From Eledone cirrhosa (lineage: Eukaryota), in assembly GCA_964016885.1 (NCBI GenBank), contig OZ024745.1, positions 79,174,001-79,238,000 of the forward strand: DNA of 64,000 nucleotides, written 5' to 3'. The notes beneath the pieces were generated by a model, which made no database searches, was not told the DNA's origin, and worked only from the letters and a program-made list of their open reading frames with translations. Of the stretch, positions 25,601 to 40,600 are shown in pieces; the stretch's first letter is position 1; each line of letters begins with the position of its first letter. A program made the translations under genes and the position numbers.

Positions 25601-28600
25601 CTTACACAATGTACGGTGTAAATTTATGTAACAGAATGTTCCCAATATATAAGTTCATTAACAGGTGTGAACATGTATTGGTGTTGTATCTTTCAACCAC
25701 GTTGCTGTAATATTTTCAATGGTGTCCGTCAGATCTTCGCTTTCACTTTCAAAGTAACTCTCATCGTCAGAAATAAATACATCTGATTCATTTGAAGATA
25801 AATCACTAACATTATCTTGTGTTTCTTTTTCATTTCGAATGTTGTCAAATGTAAAACCTTCAAAGTCGGAATTCGCTACTTTGGGAAGCCATGTTGATAC
25901 ACAAAAAAATCTGTTATACTTTCAACGTTAAAAAACGTGTTATTTCAAGTTGTTTCACTGTATTAAGAGTGGTTCGGAGTTTATATCGCAACGTCAAAGT
26001 AATGGAAAGCTAACAGATTAGTAGTTGCAATTATCATAAAAAATAGTAGTTTGACGGCCCAAATTTCAGTGCGACCTATCTGCGAGTCAATGGCAAATAG
26101 CCTATTTGTTAAATGAAAAGTGGGTATGCGACCTATCTGCCGGGGCGAGTATATATGGTTGTGTCATATCGAATGATTAGCGCAGCAGCATCATTGTCAA
26201 CTGTTTCAAGAGTAAAGATGATGCACTAGATAGAGGAAACTATAGAGTCATCAAGTTGATGGACCAGGTCATGAAAGTAACAGAAAGAGTCATAGCACAG
26301 CTGACTAGCAACTGGGTTAATCTAGATAAGATGTAGTTGGGATTTGTGCCAGGTAAAAGTACCACAGATGCTTTCTTTGTGAAGCAACTCAGAAGTATCT
26401 AGCTAAAGGTAAGCTGCTCTACCTGGGATTTGTTCTGGAAAAAGCTTTTGACAGAGTCCCCTGTGCCACAGTTGGTGGGTTCTTAGAAAACTAGGAGTAG
26501 ATGTGTAGCTTGTGAAGGCTGTGAAGGCTGTACAAGCCATGCATAGGGGAGCAGCAGCAGCAGTATAGTAGATGAAGTAGTGGTAGTGGTTTTGTTATTA
26601 GTAATAGAAGAAAGGTGCAGGTGAATAGATTCATGAGGTATATGAATGTCAAAGAAGTGATAGTAGTTGCAATAAGTTCTGAATTCCTGCCTGTGTCATC
26701 AGAAGAGTATCACCTTGACCTGATTCCTTGTTTTCTTTTTCTTTTTTTATCTTATTCTAGGCTCATCTAGTGTGTTGTGTTAACCAGTGTGTACTGAAAA
26801 GTCATACATTAAATGAAAGCAAAGTTATTAGTAATACTGATGATGAAGAGGAAGATGATGATGAAGAGGATGGTGTTGAAGAAAACTCAAATTGTTTGAA
26901 AGAACTAGAAAAGATCCTTACATCTCTTACACGCCGAATGATAAAATGTGAATTGGAAGAGTTTGAACTGGTAAGACTTTATGGTTGTTTTATATATACA
27001 CATATGTCAATCAATCAATCAATTCCCATGATTCTCTGCTGCCATCTAATTCTATTGTTCATCATATTTAGTAGGTTAGAGGGATTGCAGTTTATGTTGT
27101 CACATATCTGCTTGTTGTCCTCTGTTAACTCCTTGTGTTGGTTCCCACAAACGAACTTCACTAACAATTTCGTCTTTTGCTCTCCAGTGATACTCTGTTA
27201 ATCTGCTTCTATGCTCTTTGATGATATCTGATGCCGGACATAGATTCTTGTACAATCACTCATTCGTCAGATAATCTCTCTAAGTGACATTCAAAACTAC
27301 TCTTAGCATGTGAGTGTAGGCTCCATCCTATCTTCTTTCCAGTTTTAAGATAAGGGTCCCTGCTGGGCAGCCATACAATAAAACAGGTAACAGTTGCTTG
27401 AAAGAGGCTCCTTTTCATGTTGTCTGTAAGTCTAAGTTTCCACACTAGAGATAACTTGTCAGTAGCACCCTAGGCCTTACCAATGCATTTGTTTACATTG
27501 CTTGCACAGTTAGAGATTTTACTACACAGATAAGTAAATTCTTCTACTCAGTTGAAAGGTGTGCCGGATTCTGTTTTGATGTAAACTTATGTAGTCTGTT
27601 TTGTCTGAGTTAACATGGAGAACTGATACCTTTGGTTGAATGTTCAAGACTATGGAGAAGGGTTTCTGATTAGTTTATTGGATCAGAGAGTAGAACTAAA
27701 TCATCAGTGTAATCTGTGACATCTGTGATTATTGTGGCAGGATTACTCCTTCATGAATGTAGTGTATCTTTAACAGTATCAATAGAAGTTCAGAGAATGT
27801 AATCCAAACAAATGATGAAGATATAGGTTGCTAAAGTGTCATCTTGTAGTACTCCTGCAACAATTTCAAAGAAACCTGTATCACCATCTGGAGATTATAC
27901 CATTGAATATGTGTTTTTGTAGAGCATCATAATGGCTTTTACTGTTTCATTTGGTATACTATAGGCTAGCAGTAATTCTTCAGTTTTATCTCTATGAATT
28001 GAATCGAAAGCTTTGGAGAAATCAATGAATAGCAGACCAGCATTTAAATTTTTATCTTTCACACCTTCAAGAATTCTGCAAACTGTTAAAATTTGACTGG
28101 TAGTTGATCGTCCTCTTTGAAAGCCATTTCAATTTTTTTTTCAATACCTTTTCAATTTCTGGATGTATGCAGTTAAGCAGCATACATTTTTGCAGCTATT
28201 GCTACAAGGGTTATTCCCCTGTAGTTTTTGTGCCACATCAAGATCTTCTATTTAGGGGAAAGGAGGGTACATCTATTAGTCCATGTTTCTATAGTGTTTT
28301 GATTACATAAGTCATTATGGAACTTCAAGAGAATGGTGGTATTTCATCAAAGCCAGGAGCTCTGTTCGATTTCAATGTTTTTAGAACAGTTTCCAGTTCA
28401 GCATTTGTAAAGTCTCTACATTTGATATTGAGTTGTTCTGATATTTGTTTTATAGACATTTCAACTATCTAGTTTGCCAAGATTTTGGATGTGATATTTC
28501 TATATTTATAACCTTTCTTTTTCACTCATTGCTTTGAGATTTGTCTTGGTTGGATTCTTTTTTCCACTGATTACATCAATGGTTTGCCAGGCTGTTGCAG

Positions 28601-31600
28601 CTTAATTATTTTTAATTGCTGTGTAGGTAACACGGTAAAAACCTCCCAGTTCACACTCTAAACGTGGTTGGTGTTAGGAAGGGCATCCAGCCATAGAAAA
28701 CCTGCCAGACAGTCCTATACGAGTGAGACGACCAATCTTGCCTCAAGTGGGATAATTCCCATCTAAACCCATGCTAGCATGGAAGATAGACGTTAAATGA
28801 TAATGATGATGAGGAGGATTGAACTAGGTTGATTATTTTGCTGAGTAAATTCTTTTTCAACTGCTAGATATGTATCAGATAGATTTTTCAAAGCTTTTTC
28901 ACAACACTTTGCATTTCTTCTTTGGGGCTCTTTATTCTTTAATTCTGCAGCTTCTTTGAGTGTTTATCTGTTTTGTCTTATTTCTTGGTTTTTTCCCATG
29001 AAACATGTTTTCTTATTTTAGATTTTATTGAAATATTCTCTTCAGCCACCTTTTTATGTGTTTTAATGAAAGTCTCATATCTTGTGTTCCATGTTTCAGC
29101 ATTGGATATTTGAAAGAAAGAGTTAAAGCTGTTTCTCACTGACACAGCATATCTGTTGCAAATATCTGGATTTCTTAGGGCTGCCCAATCATCATTTTTG
29201 TGGTTCTCTGTTTTTTTTTTTTTTTTTTTTAAGCTTAGTTAAATCTTTGCTGTTTGCAACACTATTAACCCGTTTTTCAATACAATTTAAAGCTTTCATT
29301 GCACAATGGCTTTGTAGAATTCTTACATCCCCATTTGTTGAATTGATTGAATTCTTCCATTCTTCCATGCTGAGGCTGAAACCATGGTCCATTCTTTTCC
29401 ACATTCTTGATATTTAAGATCAAGATTTTCGTGATATATGCAGTGCTCTTGAATACAGATAATGTCAATATTTTGAGATGCTGCAAATGATGTGAATTCA
29501 GGTAGATGGTGTAAATTGCTGGGTGTTGGAACATTAACAGTTGAATATTTAACTGTTTGTTTGCATTCAAGAAGATTTTGCGTTGACTCTGTAGTTGCCT
29601 TTTCAGACACCAAGACCGAAGTCAGGTTCTCAGCAAAATGTCTGACAAGCAATGCGGTATGTATTTGAATTGGCAACTTGAGTGTGATGAATCTTTCGTT
29701 AGCTGATTACACAACCATGGACTCTTTTGATAGAGCTGTTGACGTTTTAGGATTGCTCAGCATCAATGGGAGAATCATTGCCTCAATTGAGCTCTTCTGC
29801 TGTCTTTTCACAATCTGTCATGCTGCAGTCCTATGACTTTACCATATCTCTGGCATGGGTGCTATGCCTTGTCAAAGAGCAGCCCGTAAATATGCAGGGC
29901 ACGGTCGTCCCTCAATGAGGTGTTTTCAAATACCTCCATAGATGCATAAAATACACAGAAATATATAAAATCATTTAAGTATATAAAAATACATACAAGT
30001 GCATAAGACATAAGCAAATATAATTATATAAAATATATATAAATAAATAAAAAATATACAAATATATAAAAATATATAGATAAATATGCATATATACAAC
30101 TTATTGGATGGTTGTTGACTCTCTTGAGTCTTTTCACCCTTTGACAGGTTTTGTTTTTCATCCCACAGTATCCAAAAAATCCTCCTCCTCACCAAACAAG
30201 CTTGGTGGGGTTGCCAATTTAGTTACCAACAACCCGACCATGCAACAGGTTGTACTGAGTTACATGTTACCAGTAGCGTTTAAGAACGACCTGACACATT
30301 GTGTCATATATATATATATATATTAGAATTGGTGCTCTGAAATAGCTATATATATATGAATGTATATATACTGTATTTTGCAATACACTTTATGCTTAAT
30401 TAAAAGCATTTCGAAGACCTTATGCTATTGTTTTAGAGTAGTGACAGACTCACTTACTTTAATTTCAGCAAACAGGGGGAGATAAAGCTGACAAGGCCTT
30501 GTTTCTGCATTTATTGATGCTTATCAAAGCCAACTACTCCTCTCTGATTATTTACTAGAATTCTATAAGAACCAAACATCCATGATTTCAGCAGACGGGA
30601 GGAGTAGTTGGCTTTGATAAGCATCAATAAATGCAGAAACAAGGCCTTGTCAGCTTTATCTCCCCCTATTTGCTGAAATTAAAGTAAGTGAGTCTGTCAC
30701 TACTCTAAAACAATAGCATAAGGTCTTCGAAATGCTTTTAATTAAGCATAAAGTGTATTGCAAAATACACTATATATACATTCATATATATATATATATA
30801 TTGACATTGACAGTCGATCGACTTTCGTCAAATCGGACCGACGAAACATTGCTTCCATTGGTCTTTCAAATTGCTAATACTATCTATCGGTTGCAGGAGT
30901 AGAAGGAGCAACGTGAAATAAAGTGAATTCCAGGTGAGCTGGGGGCCCGACATATAATCCTATGCTATACTGAGTGCATTTTATCATAACACCAACACTG
31001 GGGAAGTTGTCATGTACTAGACGCAGCTGAAGAATCCTCCTAACCATTTGACAGGTTGGACGCCTTTCATATCACCAACCACTTTAACTTTACAGAATGT
31101 ACTGGGTACATTTATTTTGTAGATCTCCAACATTAGAGAGGTTGCCATGCCCCTGACACAAAGAGTCATCTCAACCCTTAATATATGTATATTTATTTAT
31201 ATTAGTAAAAAGACTTGAGTATAGGTTAGTTCTGTGACAAGACACTTAACTCTAAGTTAAATCTTGGATACTGAACTATTATCTCTAAATTATGGAATAG
31301 AGTACCCTGCCACATGTCTTGATCCAATGGTGTGAGCTTTAGCCCAACTGCCCTTCCTCTTGTCAACCATGAGACACACATGTACGATATACACCCCACA
31401 TGTCTATTGCTCTCTCTCTCTCACACACACACATAGAACACTGAGGTTACACAACAATAGCAATCATATAAAAGAGAGTGCCTACACACACACATTCATA
31501 CATACAGGTATGTTTTCCTGTTTGAAAAAGGCTTTATTCATTAGATCAGATCCCTTATGTTTGTTAACTTCCTTAATGCCAACATTTTGTTTTCTATTTT

Positions 31601-34600
31601 TCATTTTTTATCAGGATAAAGCCTCTGACTATTCTAATAAAACGAATGTTGGTATCAAAAACCATATCTTGGCATCTTTGATCCTTGGTGTATATGAATC
31701 TTTGATTGAGTATAACTTTTTCTCTGGAAAATCCAGGTATGTAATATATAATCCATTGGGTTATAATTAAACTTTACCCCAGGTGGGTGGAAATTGCCTT
31801 AAGGCCACACATGTATTTAGGGTAACAAGAATTGATAAGCTAGCAACTGTCTGTGTTAGTAATAATTGAATTGGAAATAAAAGCTGAAAAGAGATTTGTG
31901 TAGTTGAGCTGGTACTTAAAGTAGAGATTAACATTTTAGATAGTACCCTTCATTCAGCTTAAAACAACTTCACATATTAAATATGTATGTATGAACCCAA
32001 ACTCCTGATGGAGTCATGACATATACTGCGTCTTGAGCACTTTAAACTTAGCAGAGCCCATCTCTTCTCTAGGTTGGAACACAGCTGATTCTTCCAGGGA
32101 AGGAGATTGAGGAAGTGAGAAAGACATATAGAGGAAGAATTGCCATCAGTACTGGACTAGTACTTTTTTTTATTGACCTTGAAAGGATGAAAGGCAAAGT
32201 TGATCTTAGTCAGATTTAACTCAGAGAACTGGATATTCTTTCTAACATTTTAATGGCTCTGTCAATTTTCCACACTACATATATTATACTTTATTCCAGT
32301 ACTAGACTTTCTCTTAAGCACATCTCAGCACTGGGCTTTCTCTTCAGTGCCTAAAATATTTCATTCCTGATTGATTCATAGTTTTCTAGAGATTAAATAA
32401 GTTCCACATTGAAAAAAATTGCTCTCATATCTATAACAGTGCTTACTGTTATACACATTAACATTTTCAATCACATTCAAAGAAAGTAGTTATAACAAAA
32501 TACTGGTGTGTATGAATATAACAAGACACTAGGTTGTGTATATATTGTTTAAGTAACAAGTTGCAGTTATGTAGAACAGAATGGTTGACAAGTCAATGAG
32601 TAGTAGATGAAAGAATGAAGTAAAGTTATTTGTTACCGTTTTGAAGTTGGCTCGCAAGATGCCATGTTAGGGTTGCCAGACGAACGCGCCAGGCAGGTTA
32701 GAAGGCCAGGAGCCGAAAGGCAAATGAGAGATAGAGATCGCTCTGAGTATCCCTTTTATAGGGTCTCAAGACGGAAGTGACAAAAAGGGTTCTGCCACCC
32801 CAACGAGAAGTAACTCCAGCCACTTCCTGTCTAGAGAGCGTTAATCTATTGGTGATGTGAGTGTCACAACAAGGGAGGCAACTCTTGCTACATTACCTCC
32901 CGCTAGATTTTTAAAACATAAAAATTGAATGAAACATGTATGGAGTAAGATGGCGAGCATGTAACAGGCGTGAAAATTACGAAAAAAAATAATGTTTGCA
33001 ATAATAGGAAAACAGCAAAATATATGCATGCAAAAACAATGATAGATATCAAGGTAGCCAACCGCTCTTGGCCAGAGAACGACTGGACATCTATCTATCC
33101 ATCACTCAAAGATACAATGTAATCAAAGTAAAAGAAGAGGTCAAAGTTCAAATGTTCAAAATACAGTTCACAGGTGTGCAATCACATGACAGCAGGAAAG
33201 AAAGTGTGTTCCAGAGAATGAATGCAGGTGGTTTCTGGTATGTGGTATAACGTGAAATTTGCAACCTCCGAAGGGATTTTCTCACAGGAAGAGTGCTGCA
33301 AAAATAAATTCTCTGGCTTGTTCTGCTGGTTTTGGTTGTTGATGAAGCTGTGTTGCTGTTGATGTTGTTGTCTCGCGGAGTGAGCGTATTCGATGTTTAA
33401 ATTCACAGTAAAAATTTTCACAGAAAAAATGAGTTGCGCAAAGTGCTAGAAATAACAGCCAAAGTTGATGGTCGATGTTGAGAATGCGTTGACCTGGAAA
33501 GCCAAAGTTGATGGTCGATGTTGAGAATGCGTTGACCTGGAAGGGTCAAGAGGCCAGCGACCAAAGAAATAAGCATTCTGAATAAATGCGCAGTTTTCAA
33601 CGGCAAATTTCCGTGGTAAATTTTTAAACCGGCAAATAGGAGAATATAGCTTAAGGCTGGAGAATCCTTGGTGAGAAACATTATCCATGGCGTGTGGCAT
33701 CTCAGTGAGTCGAGATATGTGCTGCCTACATGTGCCAAAACAAGGTTAAGTTGAAAAAAAAAAAAAATTTCTATTGCGCGAGAAAATGGCGCGAAAATGA
33801 TAGTGCAGCAGGTCGTTGGCAGCCATTTGAAAAATGTGTGTGTGAACGTGACAATATGATGAAATAGAAAGAAAGGCTTCACTTGGTATAACAAATATGG
33901 CGAGTTCAATTTTTTTGTGAACGATGAAAAAAAAAACTTTGTGGAAAGAATAAGCAATAGTTGAGATTCAGCAAAAATAAATGTTCATGTTGAAAAAGAG
34001 TCTGTCTGAACGAGAATTTCACATGTGCGTGTATTCGTTTCTGTGTCTGCAAATTTTTCATAGTTTGTTAATAAAGTTTGCTGCATTTTCGAAATGTTGG
34101 TCGACACATTCCAACGAAAATGGGGTACTGCTAATTAATTTTTTTATATATATTCACACAACACCAGATCCTATCATTTTTTTCTTTTTTCGGGGTCACC
34201 ACTTATAATAAAATACTGGTGTGTATGAATATAACAAAGATGCTCGGTTGTGTATATAATGTTTAATTAACAAGTTGCAGTTATGTAGAACAGAATGGTT
34301 GACAAGTCAATGAGTAGTAGATGAAAGAATGAAGTAAAGTTATTTGTTACCGTTTTGAAGTTAGCTCGCAAGAGGCCATGTTAGGGTTGCCAGACGAACG
34401 CGCCTGGCTGAAGGGCCAGGCAGGTTAGAAGGCCAGGAGCCGAAAGGCAAATGAGAGATAGAGATCGCTCAGAGTATCCCTTTTATAGGGTCTCAAGACG
34501 GAAGTGACAAAAAGGGTTCTGTCACCCCAACGAGAAGTAACTCCAGCTACTTCCTGTCTAGAGAGCGTTAATCTATTGGTGATGTGTGTCACAACAAGGG

Positions 34601-37600
34601 AGGCAACTCTTGCTACATAGTCATACTGACAGTTACAATACAAATAGTACTAGTTCACAGATGTACTGTTTCCTCTATCTATCTCTCTTCTAACATTACT
34701 ATCTTGATGGCCTCTGCTCTTCTGAATTGACTAGCTGCATCACCCAGCCATTCACAACTGTATTCCCTCTCTCCCAGACCCTACAATAAACAATAAGTTT
34801 TCCTGTTCCTACTCCCAAGAAATGCACTCCTCTGGAATTCTCTCCTTATCCACATTACTTCTTGTAGATGTTGGAAACTGAATATCAATCTCTAAAATTC
34901 ATGGGCACCAATGTTTCTACCTTAAGTAACCAAAAACATGAACCTCTTCAGTTTCAATTTCAATTTGGTGTACCAGTTGTGATCTATATTAGAGTACTGA
35001 TTGTGGTCTATATTGGAGTACGAAAAGTGTGAGACCTCTTCTCCCTCGCGATTTCTACGCTTAACTATAGCTCACCGGATTACCTCCAGATGCCCAAGCA
35101 TAGTTTAAAATGAAACACTATATGAAGTAAAAGAAAATATATAGAGAGAATGCTGAAGGCATCTGGGTCTGTAGGTCACACTATAACCACACGTATTGTT
35201 AACCAGGTAATACTAGAAGGTGTCATACCAAAAGATTGGTGCAGTAGCATCATTGTCAACTGCTACAAAGGTAAAGGCGATGCACTAGATAGAGGAAACT
35301 ATAGAGGTATAAAGTTGATGGACCAGGTCATGAAAGTAACAGAAAGAGTTATAGCACAGTTGATTAGGGACCGGGTGAAAATAGACGAGATGCAATTTGG
35401 GTTTGTACCAGGAAGAGACACCACTGATGCCCTCTTCCTTGTGAGGCAGTTACAGGAAAAGTACCTAGCTAAAAGTAAGCCACTCTACTTGGCATTTGTC
35501 GACCTTGAGAAAGCCTTTGACAGAGTTCTACGTGCTATAATCTGGTGGGCTCTTAGAAAACTAGGAGTAGATGAATGGCTTGTGAAAGCGGTACAAGCCA
35601 TGTATAGGGGAGCAGTCAGCAAAGTTAGGATTAGCAATGAGTATAGCGAGGAATTTAGCGTGCAGGTTGGGGTCCACCAGGGCTCTGTTCTTAGCCCCCT
35701 CCTGTTCATCATAGTCCTGCAGGCAATAACGGAGGAGTTTAAGACCGGATGCCCATGGGAACTCCTGTATGCTGATGACCTCGTACTTATAGCTGAATCT
35801 ATGGTAGAACTAGAGAATAAATTCCAAACTTGGAAGCAGGGACTAGAAAGAAAGGGTCTCAAAGTCAACAGGACAAAGACTAAGGTCCTTGTAAGTAGAT
35901 GAGAAAACAGAACCCAGATCCCCTCAGGGAAATGGCCTTGCTCAGTATGTAGGAAAGGTGTAGGTAGGAACTCCATTCTCTACCCCAAATGCAAACAATG
36001 AGTACACAAGAGATGTAGCAGGATCTCAGGAAGCTTAATTAAGAATGTAGGCTTCACATGCAGCAGCTGTGCTGGGACAGCAAGCAGCAAACAACCACAG
36101 GAAACAAGTACCACCAATCTCTGGGAGGGCTCTGTAGAAACAGTAGACAGCTTCTGCTACCTAGGTGACCGAATTAGCAGTGGAGGTGGGTGTTCAGAAA
36201 GTACAATAACTAGGGTAAGAACGGGCTGGAAGAAGTTTAGGCAACTACTACCACTGCTAGCTGCAAAAGGCTTCTCCCTCAGAATGAAAGGCAGACTGTA
36301 TGATGCGTGTATCCGAACAGCGATGTTGCATGGTAGTGAGACCTGGGCGCTGAAGGTGGAAGACTTACGTAGATTAGAGAGAAAAGAAGCCTGCATGCTC
36401 CAATGGATGTGTAACAGTAATATACGTGAACAACAAAGCATAAATGAATTGAGAGAGAGACTGAGCATAAGAGGAATCAAATGCTGTGTGCAGGAGAGGC
36501 GGTTGCGCTGGTATGGACATGTGATGCGTATGAAGGATGACAGCTGCATAAAAAGGTGCAGAGCACTAGAAGTCGATGGAAACCGCGGAGTGGGGAGACC
36601 GAAGATGACCTGGGATGAGGTGATAAAAGCCGACCTTACCCAATTACACCTCTCAAAGGCGATGACACACGACCGTGACCTCTGGCGTCACGCAGTAATA
36701 CAGAGTACCCGACCTCCCATGGGTACAAGCTGAAGCATATAGACAATATGCCCCCACACCCCCCACCGCAAGGTGGTCGTGGAGGTGCCACGGCAAAAAA
36801 GCACCCAGCCCACACTGTAAAGTGGACGTGTAGGCGCCACGAAAAAAACACCCAGCACTCACTGTAAATGAGGTTGGTGTTAGGAAGGGCATCCAGCTGT
36901 AGAAATCAAGCCAAATCAGTTCCTGTATGAGCAAGGCATGGTCAGCCGACCAGACACTGCCCACAACAGGACAACCCGTCTAACCCATGCTAGCGTGGAA
37001 GAACGGACGTAAAACGGTGATGATGATGATGATGAGAGAACAAACAGTGGATAATGTGGTCAAACAAGAAGAAAATGAAAATGTACATATAATAAATGCA
37101 GTAAAATACATGCAATAAAATACCAAAACATAGTTTGAGATCTGCACAGGGGTAACTAAACATAGGTACAAATTTTCCTAGTATTATAGAAAATGGATTG
37201 GGAAATATACAGATAGTAAGGTAAAGATAGGGATAGAGTTCATAGTGTTAATAGAGAGACTTCCAATGGTTTGCCAGTTTGTGTGCAGCACGGGAGAGGG
37301 TTACGCCCATAAGTGTTTTAATTGCTATGGATAACTGCAGGTTAAATTCCATAAAGTGTTGTCCATGGTTAGAGGGTGATGTTACTTTCTGTGTTCCGCC
37401 AGTCTAGAGGGATAAGTTTGGTCCTCTGGTAAGCTTTGGTAGTCCAATTGAAGTGCACACACAAGCACACATATAGTTTCTTTTATTATTATTTTTTTTT
37501 TAATCTTATTTATTTACAGTGAAAGCAGCTTTGAGAATGTTATGAATCTGTTTGCTAAACATGAGAAACTAGCTGCTATTTTGAAGAGCAAAGTGAAAGG

Positions 37601-40600
37601 ATCAAACACCAAAAGCAGTGCTAGTTTATTTTCCTTGCACTTTATAGTTGAAATATTGCACAATTTATTTGAGTAAGTACTGATACAATACCAGCTAAAG
37701 GTTCCTTAATTCCTTAGTCTTTTCAACACTATGTTTCTAACAAAAGACAATGACTAAATTTTTTTTACTAATTTTGAAAATAATCAAGAATTTGGATGGA
37801 TTTTGTAATAAACTAACTTTCTCATGAAGCTGGTGTTTGGAACAAAATTTAATGGTTCTTATTTAAAATTGATGTGGAAAGTTAATAGATAAATGTCAAC
37901 ACTTTTAAAACAAACAGTTTTGTATCAAAGAACCAGGAGTGGTTTCAGGTGATTTGGTATCAAAAGGGTTAATCTGTCATCTTATGACACATAAAATGTC
38001 ATTTTTCTCTGATCCCAAGATAACTTATGCAAGAAAAGCTCTTGCTGATAGTTAAACTCAAGATAACTGTTATTGCTTATAAATCATTATTTTATCCCGC
38101 CGAGGTTGACTTTGCCTTTCATCCTTACAGGGTCGATAAAATAAAGTACCAGTAATGCACTGGGTAATTGCTGGCCTTGTGCCTAAAGTAGAAACAATTA
38201 TTTTATTGGTTTATATGTATACATAGTTGCTATTGAAATTTCTTATACTGACCAATCAAAAAGCATTTTACAATTGTTGTTAGTAACTTTTGGCTCCCAA
38301 TTAGCCAAACAGAATAAAATTCTAAAATACCTGGAATTATTGGCAAACTATTCTTTTTTCAGGCTGTAGCATTTAAGACGTTTGAGGGAGATGGGCCACT
38401 GAAAATGATTTTGCTTTTAACCATACAACATGGCTAATTTATCAATATTTGGGGGAAGGAAATTTTTTAGTTTTACTTCTAAGTGGCCTTTGTTACTCAC
38501 AGGTTGCAGCTCACCTTTTATTACTCTAGCTACTATACTACCAGTATAACCACCACCAGTACTAATTGTGTTTCTAAAGTAACATAAACTATCAACTACT
38601 GATGGTTATGATGATAATGATAATAATATTGATGGTAATTTTCTAACAGTCAAAATACTATGATAGACTTCAGAAGGATATAAAACAAAGTTAACCTTGG
38701 TAAGATTTGAACTTAGAATGTAAAGAATGATAAATAAATGCTGTAAGGCATTTAGTCCAAATCTCACATTCTGCCAATAATAATATTAAATGCTGTCTTC
38801 ATTGCAGGGAAACTACTTCAGACTATTCATTGACATTGAAAAGTTTGAGAGAACATAAAGACTTTGTGCGACACATATTTAGTGTTGGCTTGCAAAAAAT
38901 CCATTTAATAAGAGACCGTGGTTTCTGTGATGAAAAAGACCTGTCTGATAAAAACAAATTTGTTTTGCTTTCATGCCGTCTTGGAAGGTATGTTCTTTAT
39001 TATTGATACTTTGTTGTTGATGAAAGAAATAAAACCATTTACCTTGCCATTCTTGCCCTAAACATCACTGTTGTCTAGCTGCATAATCCATAAACCATAT
39101 TCATCCAAACTCTGACCAAAATTTCTGGGTCTCACGAAAGCTTGTAAACCTACGTCTACTAACTATCGTTTTTTCCCTTCCAGTCACATGCTGTTGCTCC
39201 ACCTGTTACTTTAGCATGCATCCCATAATGCTTCAGTTGCTGTTTTTGTATCATCTCTTCCTTTTAGCAATGGGCTTTAATCAGTGGAAGCTTTGAGCTC
39301 AGCACTGCCAACAAAATGAATAAAGCATTCAACAATTAAACACTGCCCTCTGCTCCATGTAGCAGTGAGCTGTTACATTATCTCCCCATGATATGTATTT
39401 CAAACCAAAGAAAGAGGTTAATATTGGGAAAGTTTAATTTCTTTTCATACCATTTCTGTTAACAGCCAATGGCCCAATAAGGTGAAAGAAAATAAGTGAA
39501 TTGTTGTTGTTTTTTTTATTTAGTAGGTCATAAAAAATATCTCAGACCAGAAACTCAGCAATGTGGTAGTTAGGATGCATGTGCATGTCGTAAGAGACGA
39601 GTAAAAGTTTGTGTCAGGAAGGGAATTAATTAGACTGTAGAACATTGTCTCAAAAAGTCCCACCCAACACACATTTGTATTGAAAAGTTGAAGTATAAAT
39701 GATGATGATGTGCTTGTTTTAGCAGCCCAGGAAATGTTGGCTATGTAATCAAGTAATAATTCAGCAGGAAAATTGACAAAATATTACTATAATGACTCCA
39801 AGGTAGCCCCAGTACAGTGAAGCCTGATTATTCCTGCTTGGCAACTCATTCTTAAACATCCTGAGATTGGTCATTTGATTCAGTTTTGTCTGTATTAAAT
39901 GACCACTTTTTAATGTCTGATAGTCTGGTGAGTGAGGTCAGGCGATATAAGTTAAAGTGCAGTTTTGAGTTTTTTTGCAGAAGCAGTATAAATATTGGTA
40001 ATAAGGTTATTATTTGAAAGAGACTTGACTGACTGCTTCCTTTTCATGCCAGTCACTGTCAAAGACATCTGGTATCCTTGGTCCCCAAACTGCTGATTTT
40101 CTCTGTAAAATTTGGAGCCCCATGGGGTGGAGTGGCTGATGCAGCAGGTATTACTGGCTGTTTTCCATAGTAATGCTTTGGTTATATTGAAATATAATTT
40201 CTAAATGGGGTTGTAGAGTCTGTTGGTCCCTCTCCTTCCTCTTACTTTTGTTATTTTATTTTTCATTGCAAACATTATATGATTTAATTGAAACTAGCTG
40301 AATTGATGAATCATTCCACAAGCAGTTAAAATGTGATTTTTTGAGAAACTATAATCATTCAAAATACAAAGCCAGTTCTAACTTACCTAGCTATACAAGA
40401 AAAAAAGGTTATAACTAGGAAATACAAAAGATTCCTACTACAGCCACACTCTTTAGAAATGAAATAATTAAGAAGGAACTATATTAAACTATCAGCTCAA
40501 AGGTCTTAAGTTCAAATCCATGAACATGGGATCATATATCGGGCCCCTGGAAGTCAGGGACTCCACTTGAGTTCTAGCTGGTCTGTGATGGCATGTCATT

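Noticed and set aside
37180-37450. Possible PLE GIY-YIG relic (RLAEHRK on the minus strand)
   Set aside because: Only one short motif; too degraded to support a call.
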